This document shows positions 26,935 through 39,690 of a stretch of DNA of 64,000 bases, one piece after another. The notes beneath the pieces were generated by a model. It searched no databases, was not told the DNA's origin, and was given only the letters and a program-made list of their open reading frames with translations. The stretch is taken from NCBI RefSeq assembly GCF_006345805.1, contig NC_043006.1, positions 91,822,001-91,886,000 of the forward strand, written 5' to 3'. Both the position numbers and the translations under genes were made by a program. This DNA comes from Octopus sinensis. Its lineage: Eukaryota. Every line of letters starts with the position of its first letter. The first letter of the stretch is position 1.

Positions 26935-26961
26935 TATTATTATTATTATTATTATCATTCC

Positions 26962-27027
<66 letters not shown>

Positions 27028-27138
27028 AGACAGTTTGCTTCAAATAAATACGAATTGAAACTTCGCTGGCCTTTTTACAGAAACCTGGCTCCTTCAGGCT
27101 TAGTTAACCAAATGAAGGAAACAGAAATTCCATGAAGG

Positions 27139-27270
27139 CTTCTGCAAACTGATTGCTACTGGTGAAGTGGGTCACATGGTGTTGTTAGAAGTGAGTTCGC
27201 TGAAACACCGAATTCACTTCTAAGAACATCATGCGACCCGCCTTAACTAATAGCAGCCCAGCTTCCTGTA
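27139..27270. repeat. Imperfect ~130 bp palindrome (MITE/foldback relic)
   Basis: GGGTCACATGGTGTTGTTAGAAGTGAGTTCG / CGAATTCACTTCTAAGAACATCATGCGACCC. Confidence 0.65.
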
Positions 27271-27519
27271 GTTAGGACTCTATTCGGTTAATTAAGCCGG
27301 AGCGAGCAAGGTTTCTGTAAAGGCGCCGGCGGACAGTCGTGTGCAGCCGAAGCAAACCTTTTCATATAATAATATGTAACCCCTACTAAATGTGTTGAGT
27401 GCCTTTTTCTTTGTTCTTCTTCCACTTGGCTGTGTAAAAGGTTTGCTTTCCTATCACATAGTTGTAGGTCTTTGCTGCTTTGTGCCGCATTTACACGAGT
27501 CTCTTCTGTAACACCGGCC

Positions 27520-27680
27520 AAAGCATAGCGAGTACACTTGGTAGATTGAAATGAAAGAAGTACGTGACATTTACCTAACCTATCTGTCTGTCTGTCTCTC
27601 TGTCTATCTAGCTAGCTAGCTAGCTACCTACCTACCTACCTACCTACCTACCTACCTACCTACCTACCTACCTACCTATC

Positions 27681-27749
<69 letters not shown>

Positions 27750-27890
27750 CATACATGCATAAATGCATATGTATATGTCTTTGAGTCTGATACCCAGCAT
27801 CACAACCTGACAACCAGTATTGGTTCGTTTACCTCCTAGAAAACTTAAAACGGCAAAGAAAAATGATAGAATAAGTACCAGACATGAAAG
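27520..27890 (+). mobile_element. Degenerate SINE family B with expanded internal (CTAC)n/(CTAT)n
   Basis: CAAAGC..GAGT..TTGGTAGA..GAAATGAAAGAAG, then GACAACC..GATAGAATAAGTACCAG. Confidence 0.5.
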
Positions 27891-27945
27891 GTGCTAAAAT
27901 TTTAAAAACTATTCTCAGTAATATATATATATATATATATATATA

Positions 27946-27980
<35 letters not shown>

Positions 27981-27984
<4 letters not shown>

Positions 27985-28308
27985 TAACAGAATGAGATAA
28001 AATTCCATGGCTGTGAAAGATTTCAGAAGATTTATAAAGAGGAGGTCTTACAGCTGATTCCAGGATATTTTATATATCCCGGAAATAGCTGTAAGACCGT
28101 CTCTTTATAAATGTTCTGAAATCTTTCACAGCCATGGAATTTTATCTCATTCTGTTAATTTTTTTATATATGCATGTTAATTTATGACCTACATTGGACT
28201 CCTCATTCGCATAATCACCGAACCTGGAGCTTAACTATAGTCTGTCCATAGCGCTTATTCAGAATTACCTGACACCTTTGGGTCTCCTTGACACCATTAC
28301 CTCTCATA

Positions 28309-28313
<5 letters not shown>
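27981..28313 (+). mobile_element. Foldback Penelope-like insert with the 3' half of a hammerhead
   Basis: Arms 27981-28068 / 28073-28160; apex about 12 nt before GAAA TAGCTG TA AGAC; (TA)n on the left, (CA)n/(TA)n on the right. Confidence 0.7.
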
Positions 28314-28392
<79 letters not shown>

Positions 28393-28393
<1 letters not shown>

Positions 28394-28552
28394 CACAGAA
28401 TCTGTTATTCAGAGTTTCACTCTTCCGTTCATGGGACAAGTGCGATCATACTTGTATGACCACATCTATCCGACAAACGGAACCGTGAAACTCTGAGTAG
28501 TAGCTTGTCAAGATTTTTTGGGCTTTAATAAAAATACACACACGTGCTCACG

Positions 28553-28596
<44 letters not shown>

Positions 28597-28762
28597 ATCT
28601 GTTATTCAGAGTTTCACTCTTCCGTTCATGGGACAAGTGCGATCATACTTGTATGACCACATCTATCCGACAAACGGAACCGTGAAACTCTGAGTAGTAG
28701 CTTGTCAAGATTTTTTGGGCTTTAATAAAAATACACACACGTGCTCACGCACACACACACAT
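28393..28762 (+). repeat. Two tandem 197 bp units, each a small foldback with a hammerhead-like motif
   Basis: CTAT CCGACAA ACGG AA CCGT GAAA CTCTGAG TA GTAG at 28466-28503 and 28663-28700. Confidence 0.7.
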
Positions 28763-28809
28763 ATGCCTGCGCGCACAGACACACACGCATACACTCACAT
28801 ACATGCAGG

Positions 28810-29000
28810 TGTGTGTGTGTATTTGCGTCTGTGTTTGTTGCCTTACACTGCTTGACTACCGCTGCTTTTGCCTTAACAACCTCGTAACTTAACGGTTCGG
28901 CAAAAGGGAAGCGTCAGATGCGTTCGACTACAATTCTTTTAGACGGTATCCCAGCATGGCCGAAGACAAATACATGAAAGAGGGAAAGGATACAGAGGTA
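28810..29000 (+). mobile_element. SINE family B 3' half
   Basis: GCTTGAC..CCG..CGTAACTTAACGGTTCGGCAAAAG..CCCAGCATGGCCG. Confidence 0.6.
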
Positions 29001-29197
29001 TAAAAATATTCCACATATTTCTGTTTACTATACATGGTGGTTTTTGAACTCGAAGCTATGTTTATTAGTAGAAGCCCCCATCCTTAGAGTACTGTAAAGT
29101 GGTGCCGAACGCATATCCTGCGGGTTCCGATGCAAAACTGTTTATCGTATTGTCAAGTCTGCTCTAGTATTTAACGGCGTATTTCACAACGGTTATA

Positions 29198-29431
29198 TGT
29201 TTCTTTATTACCCACAAGGGGCTAAACATAGAGGGGACAAACAAGGACAGACAAAGGGATTAAGTCGATTACATCGACCCCAGTGCGTAAGTGGTACTTA
29301 ATTTATCGACCCTGAAAGGCTGAAAGGCAAAGTCGACCTCGGCGGAATTTGAACTCAGAACGTAGCGGCAGACGAAATACAGCTACGAATTTCGCCCGGC
29401 GAGCTAACGATTCTGCCAGCTCGCCGCCTTT
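29198..29431 (-). mobile_element. Young SINE family A with perfect 19 bp target-site duplication
   Basis: GTATTTCACAACGGTTATA at 29179-29197 and 29432-29450. Confidence 0.92.
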
Positions 29432-31432
29432 GTATTTCACAACGGTTATAGTTTGAATTTGCCAACGCCAGTAGCTGAGAATAAAGAAATACAAACAACA
29501 GCACGTCAACACTGACAAGATTTGAACCCAGATCCATTAAAAGTCGAACGGAAGACGATGTAGTACATCTTTTACGTGGGTTTTTCTAATCTCTACGCCA
29601 ACGCAATTGAATATAAATAAGTATTCACGATGATAAGTGCTTGCAATCTTGCGCTTTTTTTCTTTTTTCTTTTTTGTCTTATTTTGTCTTATTCACATTG
29701 TTTACAGGGAAAACGCGACCTGAAATGTGACATTGAGAAGATAACATTGATTATAGTCTAGGAAGAGATTATTAATGCACACGAAGTTAAATATATATAT
29801 CATCCACAGAAATGTATGTTATTAACCAATATATCTTTGTGCATTTCTATATAGATCTCAGAATCGATAAACTAGCGATATTAGGCTTTTATATCCAGTA
29901 AGAAGTTATCTATGTATTCTCAATTTTTGGTCTACATGACAAATATAACCACCATACACTCGCATCTATATACCAAGCACACATACATATGTGTTTGTGT
30001 GTGTATGCTTGTATATATGTATGTAAATGTATAGGCTTTTCTATAGATAAATGTATAGTCATATATGTGTAGTGCAGTAATTGGTTCTTTAACTATTACC
30101 ACTATGTTTTTGACAATTATAAGAATTTTAATGAAACAACGATTCAATGAAACGTCTAGGAAATAATTCTTTACGCTTTTTTTTCCTTAATTCAACTTAT
30201 TTACAAAGGAATTCAATAGATTTCATGTATAAATGTTTCATTCTTATTGGTTAGGGAAATAAGTGTGAAACTTAGAAAGGCTTCTTCCTGGAATATTCTT
30301 GTTTCATGTGAAATCATGAGATGACAAAGAGCTGTTTGATAATAGCTATGAATACGTGAGAAATGGGATTTATCAGCGTGACAAACGTTGAGTAATATGA
30401 TTTTAAAAAACATTTTCAATTAAGAGAAGGATGCCTGATAAACAATTTAAGAATGTATGTAGTTATCTAATGAAGAAAAGTAAAATGGACAAAATATGAA
30501 GCCAATTAAACATAAAGATTATAGGCAATAGAAAGCAGAAGGAAATTCGTTAATTATATGTTATTCAATCAACGCATATGTTAGGGAACTGAATATTCAA
30601 CGATAATTAATCTGAGTAAATTTGTGAAGTAATGGACTAGTTTTTTATTCAGAAGGTTGCATTCATTTCTTGTGATATAATCAACACAGAAAGGTTGGGC
30701 AGAATTTAGGTTCCTGAGATTCCTTTGAAGTTAATTAGAACCTTGTAGGATCGAAATTAAAATTATTTGAGCAGCACAAATACATCACCATATATGTAGT
30801 ATTGATTTGAACCTAATTTGAGCTCTTTTCACCCTACGTACCTATAAATGTCATTTCTCTCTCTGATGCCTTAGGCCTTGTAATCAGATTGATATGAGCT
30901 TCTGCCACATTTAACTGTGCTAAGTAAATTATTAAGAGTAAGCGATCGTCAGTTTTAATCAAGGGAGGCGTTGGCCGCTGCTTGGAAAGCATCGTTAATT
31001 GTAGTTCCAGATGCATCATAGTTATCATATTAAGTCATTTTGTGACACCAATTCTTTACACTGGAATGGTTTGAGTTATTTGAGTTTGACGTGTGGACGA
31101 GGACCATGTAATGGATGAAAGAAAATAATTGTTGTGATTTAACTCATAGAAACAGCACACGGGACCGTTAACGACGGAATTGAATCAAATTTCCTTTAAT
31201 CTAGTTTATTCTAAGTCAAGAGCATATATAGCTGCTTGATTAGGATCTCTATATCTGGTTAGAATCTCCTATATCATTTATATACATATAGAAACCTGGA
31301 ACCGTTTCTCTCAGTTAATGCGAAATTAAAATTATGGCAAGTCCTTAGTGCATACATACATACATACATACATACATACATACATGTGTGTGTGCGTATA
31401 CATATTGTTTAATGTACACATTATCAACGATT

Positions 31433-31640
31433 TCAGAGATTCACATATCGTCAGCTACTAAGAGACATGCTCAACTGGTTAAGGTAAAAAAACTGACAAG
31501 CAAATCTGTGGTATTGAGCAGAATATTTGCTGTAGCCATCTTTTTACACCAAGACAAAACAATATACATGATAACACTTCCAATCAGTTAAGATCAGAAG
31601 TTTTGAGAGGCAGTGCCTGGTACTACATCATGGCAATTTA
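31433..31640 (-). mobile_element. Repeat segment shared with 1745-1826, abutting (TAA)n
   Basis: CAGAGAT(G/T)CACATATCGTCAGC...AAGCAAATCTGTGGTATTGAGCAGAATATT at both loci. Confidence 0.6.
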
Positions 31641-31666
31641 TTATCATTAATATTATTATTATTATT

Positions 31667-32281
31667 GTCTTTGCACAGATTGTAACGCTGGAGATGTACT
31701 ACGGTGTCAGCTGTTCACTACTAGTGAACTAAGGTAACACCTCTTATTTTTCGAGCACCTTTCTGAGTACTCGAGCGGTTCCAAGCAGTTCCTATGGAAT
31801 TGTCTATGCATTTCATCAACTTATCCATCTCCCAAATCCCTAAGTACTTATAGCCCGTCTTTTCTATCTGCTTTATAACCTCTCCCGACGGTATCGCTAG
31901 CCCGTCCATACATTTGATTTTGCCTCTCTTCAAGACTAACACAGCACACTTTTTCAGTCCGAACTCTATTCTGATATCAGCACTGAAGGTATACACTGTA
32001 TCAACGAGGGAACTGACTTGGGCTTCATTTTTACCATAAAGTTTGAGATCATCCATGAATAACAAGTGGCTGACTTTTTGTTGGCAGCTCTTGAATACAT
32101 ACCCAGCCTATGCTTTCCTCAGAACCAGTGTTAGTGGTATCACGCACAGTACAAAGATCAGTGGGGACAGGCAGTCTCCTTGGAAGATGCCTCTCCTGAT
32201 TTCTATCGTTCCTAAACTTCTTCAGTATGCTGTCCGTTCCGTCCTCCACCTCGCCATGCTTTTTCCAAGCAATCGCTCAAC
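31667..32281 (-). mobile_element. Third R4/Dong family, internally deleted copy (RT fragment joined to 3' end)
   Basis: GIFQGDCLSPLIF, HLLFMDDLKLYGK, IEFGLKKCAVL, YKYLGI, then a jump to the terminal ~120 nt; (TAA)n flanks. Confidence 0.88.
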
Positions 32282-32291
32282 ATTATTATTA

Positions 32292-32350
<59 letters not shown>

Positions 32351-32351
<1 letters not shown>

Positions 32352-32570
32352 GACCTTTGCACAGCTTCTAACTCTGAAGATGTACTACGGTGTCAGCTGT
32401 TCACTACCAGTGAACTAAGGTAACACCTCTTATTTTTCGAGCACCTTCCAGAGTACTCGAGCGGTTCCAAGCAGTGCTATTTTCTGCAAGTACTCCACCT
32501 TTATTGCAGCCCCTATTTGTTCCATGTACTTCTCATAATTTTTACTCATTGTTCCCAGGGCTCCGACAAT
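32351..32570 (-). mobile_element. Same R4/Dong family, 220 bp 3' stub
   Basis: First ~120 nt match 31667-31790; (TAA)n on both flanks. Confidence 0.85.
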
Positions 32571-32572
32571 TA

Positions 32573-32658
<86 letters not shown>

Positions 32659-33149
32659 TAATCGCCAGATAAAATATGTCACATTATCTCTTTCAGCTCA
32701 TTGCGTTCCGTTTTCAAATTGTATCAAAATTAACTTCGTCTTCTATGCTTTTGGTTTCGATAAAATATAACACGTGTCAAATACTTGCGAAGACAGATTT
32801 CCAGGAAACCGTCCCCTAAATTTTGGGTTTTGTCTTTATGCAAGAAATAATAATTACTCATGATCGCATCTTCATTAAAGAAGATATTTACTGTTTTTTC
32901 AGAAAGAATCTGAAAACCAGCTAAAGACATTGAAACCTGACTCACAACTCTATGCAGCCTTCGCCAGACACTATGTCACGTGTTTGCAAATGTTATGTAC
33001 ATCAAAAGGAAATCATTAAAAATTCTTATTTTTGTAAGAATTTCATCTAACCCTTTTCAAAACCATTTGTCACCAAATCTCACGGTTTATTAAGAGAAAG
33101 ATTAAACGGTTTCTTGGTGGTAGAATTATTAAGCTATTAATCTCTTCCT

Positions 33150-33780
33150 GACGAGCACAATTTTCAGCAGTAAGAAACAGCCGTAAAGACGCATTGTTTC
33201 CGTCCACACAGAAACTATGCATCGATTCCGCTTTCTAGATGTCCACTTACTGCCTAATATTTTAAATCTCATCCGTTCTATTTCCTGCAATAACTTCTAT
33301 AGTAAATTGGATTTGAAAGTAGCATATTATCCAGTCCCACATCTTACTGACGATAATCGCTTCTTCCAGTGTATAATGTTAACCTTTTGTGAGACTAATG
33401 ACTAAAGTACTTTTCAAAAAGTGATTGATAGTCTCATTACTGGTAGTGCTACTAAAGAAATTCACCACGTCTATTTCAATAATATTGTTGCTAGGGTACA
33501 AACTGATTCAATTTATTTCAGTTATTAAGAAACTTCAACATTACATTGCACAATGACAGTTGTTTTCTCCGTCAGACCTCCATTTGCTGTTTGGGATACA
33601 AAAAAGTATCTGATTTAACAAACGGAGACGAAGGATTCTAACTCCTCATCCAACACCTGCAGCCTCATAGTTTTAAACATCATCAACAATTTCAAGGCTA
33701 ATTTAATGGCTACTCTCTTGCAAACGAGCTTTCCTCTCAGACCTAATTCTCTCCAAGATGAAGTTTATTTCGCCATTGTA
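33150..33780 (+). pseudogene. Highly decayed Ty3/Gypsy reverse transcriptase fragment
   Basis: RFRFLDVHLLPNI..FYSKLDLKVAYYPVP..STFQKVID resembles D.YPLP / FSKLDLKSAYHQ / FQR motifs. Confidence 0.65.
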
Positions 33781-33860
33781 AATAAAGATAACTTCCCTCT
33801 TTCTTACCTCTCTGACCTTCTCTCTCCCTCTTTCAGACCCTCTGTCTATCTGTCTGTCTG

Positions 33861-34168
33861 TAAGTTACAGGGACATAAACTCACCGGCATCGGTTGTCAA
33901 GCGATGGCGAGGTGGGTGGACAAACATAGACCTACACATAAACACACACACACGCACACACACATACACACATACACACATACGCACACACACATGTATA
34001 CAACGGGTTTTTTTCAGTTTCCGTCTACTAAATCCACTCACAAGGCTGTGGTCGGCTATAGCAGAAGCTATAGCAGAAGAGACTTGCCCAAGGTGCCACG
34101 CAGTAGAACTGAACCAGGAACTATATGGTTGGGAAGCAAGCTTCTTATCACACAGCCACACCTGCGCC
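33861..34168 (-). mobile_element. SINE family B
   Basis: Reverse complement of the 58352-type sequence (GTGGCACCTTGGGCAAGT...GTAGACGGAAACTGAAA). Confidence 0.85.
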
Positions 34169-34625
34169 AATACATATAACATACATAGCATATATATAAA
34201 TGTGTATACACACACACAGGCACACAGACGCACACAAACACACATACACACATGCGGTTTCCACAAAACCTCCCAAAACTAGAAATTACTAATTATTATC
34301 CTACTGTAATGAGATACATGGAATCGATGATTATCTATATATAATTAACATAAAATATGAAAGCATAAAAATGGTCAAACTTCCAAAAATGAAGAACAAC
34401 CCACAATAACGAGACTCGAGATGTAAGAGATCATATCAAACATACATGCCCATCATCAGCTACCTAACATATATCACTGTAGTTTCGACACACCTGGGTA
34501 GTACCATTCAATCCTGTAGTGCCACAGCATTAAAAAACATAAACGTTGTCGGAAATAATAAACAAACAGCATGAACGAAATATATGCATGAATGTGCCAA
34601 TTAAACTTGAATCAACAACAAAGAA

Positions 34626-34681
<56 letters not shown>

Positions 34682-34686
34682 ACAAT

Positions 34687-34717
<31 letters not shown>

Positions 34718-34774
34718 CATATATATATAATATACATACATATAATATATATATATATTATATATGTATATATG

Positions 34775-34807
<33 letters not shown>

Positions 34808-35584
34808 TATAATATATTATATATAATATATATATATGTATATATACATAAGGAATGGAAAATGGAATAGATAAGGATTCGAAACAATCGTGAGGTAAAA
34901 TGTCTTGTAATAGAATAAAAGGATAGTGGAATATTAATGGAATGAAGTGAGGAGGGTAGGAAACGATAAAGAATGAAAATGAAAGGCGGATTGAGTATTT
35001 CAGTTGTGAAATGCTTGAACGAAAGTAAGACTTCGGCAAAAGAATTAAAGGAAATGTTCTTATTAGAAGAAAAAGAAATTCTAAATCATGGTGTAATTTC
35101 AAGATTGAAATAATTGCTTCCTGGAATTACTCTCCGTCTCTCCTTTCTTTCCCTCGCAGTCTCAGTCTTTTCTTCATAGAAATGCGTTTACATTCTTCAA
35201 TCTCTAAAATTCCTGCTGCCTCATATTGCTTTCTCTGCCTTCAAACATCTAAACCCGTCTTGTTTTTACCTTCGTTTTCATACTTCTGGTAAAATATACT
35301 TTATTTCAATTAATCTAAAAAATAATCGAGAATTTATAAATTTAAATTTGTCTGTATTAATACGGGAAAATTTGATGGAAGAATATAATTTAGAACGCTT
35401 TAAAACAGGAAGTTTGTATCATAAAACAAAGAACGATCACAAGTGGATTAGACATTCTATCAACCGTTTCTCATTTGGAATACTCTTATTTTCCCTTCTA
35501 TTTTTTATATTTGCACTGTATTTCCTCATCATACTCCTAATTTAATTTAATCTTCTCTTTTTACTCCTTTATTAGCTTTTCTAC

Positions 35585-35810
35585 GCCGACGAGCTGGCAG
35601 ACACGTTAGCACGTATTTCTTCCGGTTCATTACGTTCTGAGTTCGAATTCCGTTCAAATTGATTTTGCCTTTCCTCTTTCCTTTCCTCTTTGCCTTCCTC
35701 TTTATTTTATCGACCCTCTTGGGGTCGATAAAATAAAGTATCAGTTAAGGACTGGACCCACTGTAATCGACGAATCAACTTAAAGTTGCTGGCCTTACGT
35801 CAAAATTGGG
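35585..35810 (+). mobile_element. SINE family A, degenerate
   Basis: GAGCTGGCAGACACGTTAGCACG..TTACGTTCTGAGTTCGAATTCCG..GGGGTCGATAAAATAAAGTA. Confidence 0.7.
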
Positions 35811-36752
35811 AGCTAGTTCTTAACTTTCCTGCTTCTCTACTTTGGTTCGTGTTTTGTCTCTGATTCAACTTTCCTCTCCGAGTTCTACTGCCAGAGATCA
35901 GCAAAAGCTTCAATTCGGAATGGTGATTGAGAGAAGACATCAGCTTCCAATAAACGAGTATAAATGCAATTTGCATTGTGCACTTTTTGTTCGTTTCTAT
36001 GCTAAAAACGTAATCGGTATGATATATGGAGGTCGTTAATTTTATTCTTACATGGAGAAATTAGATGAGAAAATTTAGGTTTCGTAGATGTGTCAATATT
36101 TATGTTATACGAGGAACGGCAGTGTATTCTATAGAAAATAAAATTTATCTGTGATCGATATTAATTCCCACTTGTAGTTGCTTGCCATACAAGTCTATAG
36201 AAAGCATAAAGATGAACAACATAACTCAGACCCCATTTTGCAAAAAAGGATATTCCTGGACAGAAATAGTAAAATAATTGACATTATTTATTTTATAAGT
36301 GTGTTCGATAAATAACTATTTACCTTTATTCTTCGGCCAAGTCACATATGTAATCGACATAATGTGATAAATGTTATGCTACTGACGAACGTGAACCGTC
36401 TGTTATATGGATAAATTATTGTTCTCTATAATGATTATTACTGGTATTGTTATCTTGAAAATGTGCTATGAAAGCCAACTGACATCTGCTTGTGTAGCTG
36501 GGATCATAATATTATACGTAAGTGTATTTATGTATATATATGCATGAGCGTGTGTGTATGTATGCGTGCGCATATGTGTACGTGTGTATCTATATGAATA
36601 AAAACAGATATACATATTTCAATAGATTCATATACATTTATATAAATAATCCATATATCTATAAATCTGTGTTTGTATGTATATATATATATGTGTGCAT
36701 ATATATACATATATATATACATATATACATATATACATATATATATATATAC

Positions 36753-36802
<50 letters not shown>

Positions 36803-36808
36803 CAGACA

Positions 36809-36852
<44 letters not shown>

Positions 36853-36965
36853 GCAGATAAATGAGATATCATATCAGAATAACAAAAGAATAAGAACTCA
36901 TGTGATGACTTTCATTAGCTTGCAGTTGCTTATGTATATATAATATATATAATAATGGTTTTATA

Positions 36966-37124
36966 GGCGCAGGCGCAGATGTGTGGTAAGAAGCTTGCTT
37001 ACCAACTACATGGGTCTGGATTCATATCCAATGCAGGACACCTTGAGAAAGTGTTTTCTATCGCCTCGAGTTGACCAAAGCCTTGTCAGTGGAATTGCTC
37101 GACGGAAACTAAAAGTAGCCGTCG

Positions 37125-37155
<31 letters not shown>

Positions 37156-37232
37156 TATATATATATAATATATATAATATATATATATATATATATTATA
37201 TATAATATATATATATATATATAATATATATA

Positions 37233-37263
<31 letters not shown>

Positions 37264-37406
37264 ATTATATATATATATATACATATATACATATATATAA
37301 TATATATATAATATATATATTATATATATATATTTGTGTGTGTGCGTGTTTGTGTGTCTCTGTTTGTCCCCCCAGCATGGCCGCAGTCAACTGACTGAAG
37401 CAAGTA
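36966..37406 (+). mobile_element. SINE family B with expanded internal (TA)n
   Basis: Head GTGTGGTAAGAAGCTTGCTT; tail CCCAGCATGGCCGCAGTCAACTGACTGAA. Confidence 0.75.
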
Positions 37407-37414
37407 TATATATA

Positions 37415-37443
<29 letters not shown>

Positions 37444-37445
<2 letters not shown>

Positions 37446-38233
37446 TCAATATAAGGGTAGCAAAAAATTTAATAGAAATTTTTTTCGCCACCAGCGGTCT
37501 AGTGAGAAAGAAAAAATAGTCAAAAGACTATATAATATACATTCAACAATAATATTAAGGAATGGCCTTAATAGGCCATTCAACTCACTAAAACGAGCAG
37601 CCATACTCAAACCGCTAAATAGTAGTAATTCAGAAATCAAAGGAAAATTAAAAACACTTACCCTAATCATCTTTGGACTATGCATTGTTTCGACGTACTT
37701 TTTGATAAACCAGCCTAATTAAATTAAATTAAATTTAATCAAGTCAATTTACCACTGGTCCGTCTCATCGGCAAAGAAGCCAGGAGGAATAAATATTCCA
37801 CGAGGCAACAGCATCGATGCCTTGGGAATATATACTCTAAATTTTCAAAATCTACCGTCATCGCGCCAACTTATCAGCAGCAAATATAAACTGCTGATTT
37901 AATTTCAGAATTAGCCAAAAAATCATTAATTAATCAATATAAGGGTAGCAAAAAATTCAATAGAAATTTTTTTTTCGCCACCAGCGGTCAAGTGAGAAAG
38001 GAAAAATAGTCAAAAGACTATATAATATACTTTCAACAATAATATTAAGGAATGGCCTTAATAGGCCATTCAACTCACTAAAACGAGCAGCTAGACTCAA
38101 ACCGCTAAATTGTAGTAATTCAGAAATCAAAGGAAAATTAAAAACATTTCTGAATTACTACTATTTAGCGGTTTGAGTTTAGCTGCTCGTTTTACTGAGT
38201 TGAATGGCCTATTAAGGTCATTCCTTAATATTA
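37444..38233 (-). mobile_element. Retrozyme-like element: inverted arm plus ~1.4 tandem 488 bp monomers
   Basis: Direct repeat period 488 (AAGGGTAGC at 37453 and 37941); 38148-38233 is inverted; (TA)n on both flanks. Confidence 0.82.
37670..37777 (-). ncRNA. Type I hammerhead with U4C core and long stem II insertion
   Basis: Minus: TCTTTG CCGATGA GACG..~65 nt..CGTC GAAA CAATGCATAG TC CAAAGA. Confidence 0.7.
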
Positions 38234-38280
38234 TATATATAATATAATATAGATACATGCACACACACAAAAATAAAAAA

Positions 38281-38435
<155 letters not shown>

Positions 38436-38436
38436 A

Positions 38437-38470
<34 letters not shown>

Positions 38471-38495
38471 CACACATACGTATATTTATATATAT

Positions 38496-38545
<50 letters not shown>

Positions 38546-38674
38546 AGTATTTACATATATCTATATACACAGCTATTTATATATGTATACAATACAAATA
38601 ACATATATATATATATATATACTATGCATATATATGTATATATAGATGTATATATGTATATATATATATATATA

Positions 38675-38975
38675 TGCATATATGGGTACAGGATGTCACC
38701 AACAGTAAGCAACATGAAATACAAAAACAAATGATTTGAATATGCAAACAACGAGAGAAACAAATAGGAAACAGGACAAGTAACATAAAGAACGACCCTT
38801 CATCAGTTGTCAGCTGCCTATCTACTCCTCATTTTGAGTATTGAATGACAATGTGAGTCTTCAAAGATAACTGCTGCCGTAAGTACCAAAATAAAATTTG
38901 GGATTTATGGAGGGTCAAAGTTGGGAACAAAAACAGGACAGTGAAGATATACAAGGAAACCGAACGAAAACAAAC
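38675..38975 (-). mobile_element. Diverged homologue of the 8745-9003 repeat
   Basis: See 8745; minus 3' end CCTGTACCCATATATGC then (TA)n. Confidence 0.6.
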
Positions 38976-39364
38976 ATATATATAAAGAGAGAGAGATAGA
39001 GAGAGTGAGAGAGAGAGAGGAATGGATAGATAGATAATAGTTAGATAGACAGACAGAGAGATATACGGTTGCATGTATGTATGCATGTTTTGTACCATAG
39101 ATTATAGCAAAGGCAGTTGTCTGTTGGATTGCCATTAATCAATACTTTAGTTTTTGTAAATTTAAAGTGATTGACAGCCGGCGTTCGTACTTGAAGATAG
39201 AGAAACTCTCACTGAGCTTTTATTCACATTTCCAAGTTCCTCGTTTTTCCAGTTGTCGGCTTTGCTTGCAAACCTCTTTCACCTCTATATTCAAAGAGAC
39301 ATCTTAGTAGATAACTAATTACTTTTGACCGCCAGATTTGCCAGACCTCCCTCGTATCACAACA

Positions 39365-39690
39365 TACAGGGTTGGCCAACAGTCACTCGACAGTAAATCA
39401 ACCTTTCATAAATACTTAATATGCAAATTTATTTATTCATTCCAATTATAAATGTTTAATAATTGAATGATGTGAGTTAAAAATCATCGTTCTGTTTTCA
39501 AGAACGATGATTCTTAACTCACATCATTCAATTATTAAACGTTTATAATTGGAATGAATAAATACATTTGCATATTAAGTATTTATGAAAGGTTTATTAG
39601 CGAAGTCTCATTCAGTTGTTAAACATAAATAAATCTTTGACTTAAACGGTTTTGATTGACTATCAGGTGACTTTTATCCTATCCCCTATA
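39365..39690. mobile_element. Tc1/mariner-type MITE with internal ~95 bp-arm palindrome
   Basis: TA CAGGGTTGGCCAACAGTCAC...GTGACTTTTATCCTATCCCCTA TA diverged TIRs; inner arms 39401-39494 / 39501-39594. Confidence 0.6.

Noticed and set aside
31570-31640. HDV-like ribozyme at putative R4/Dong 5' ends (also ~26085)
   Set aside because: Could not identify P1/P3/L3 consensus elements by eye
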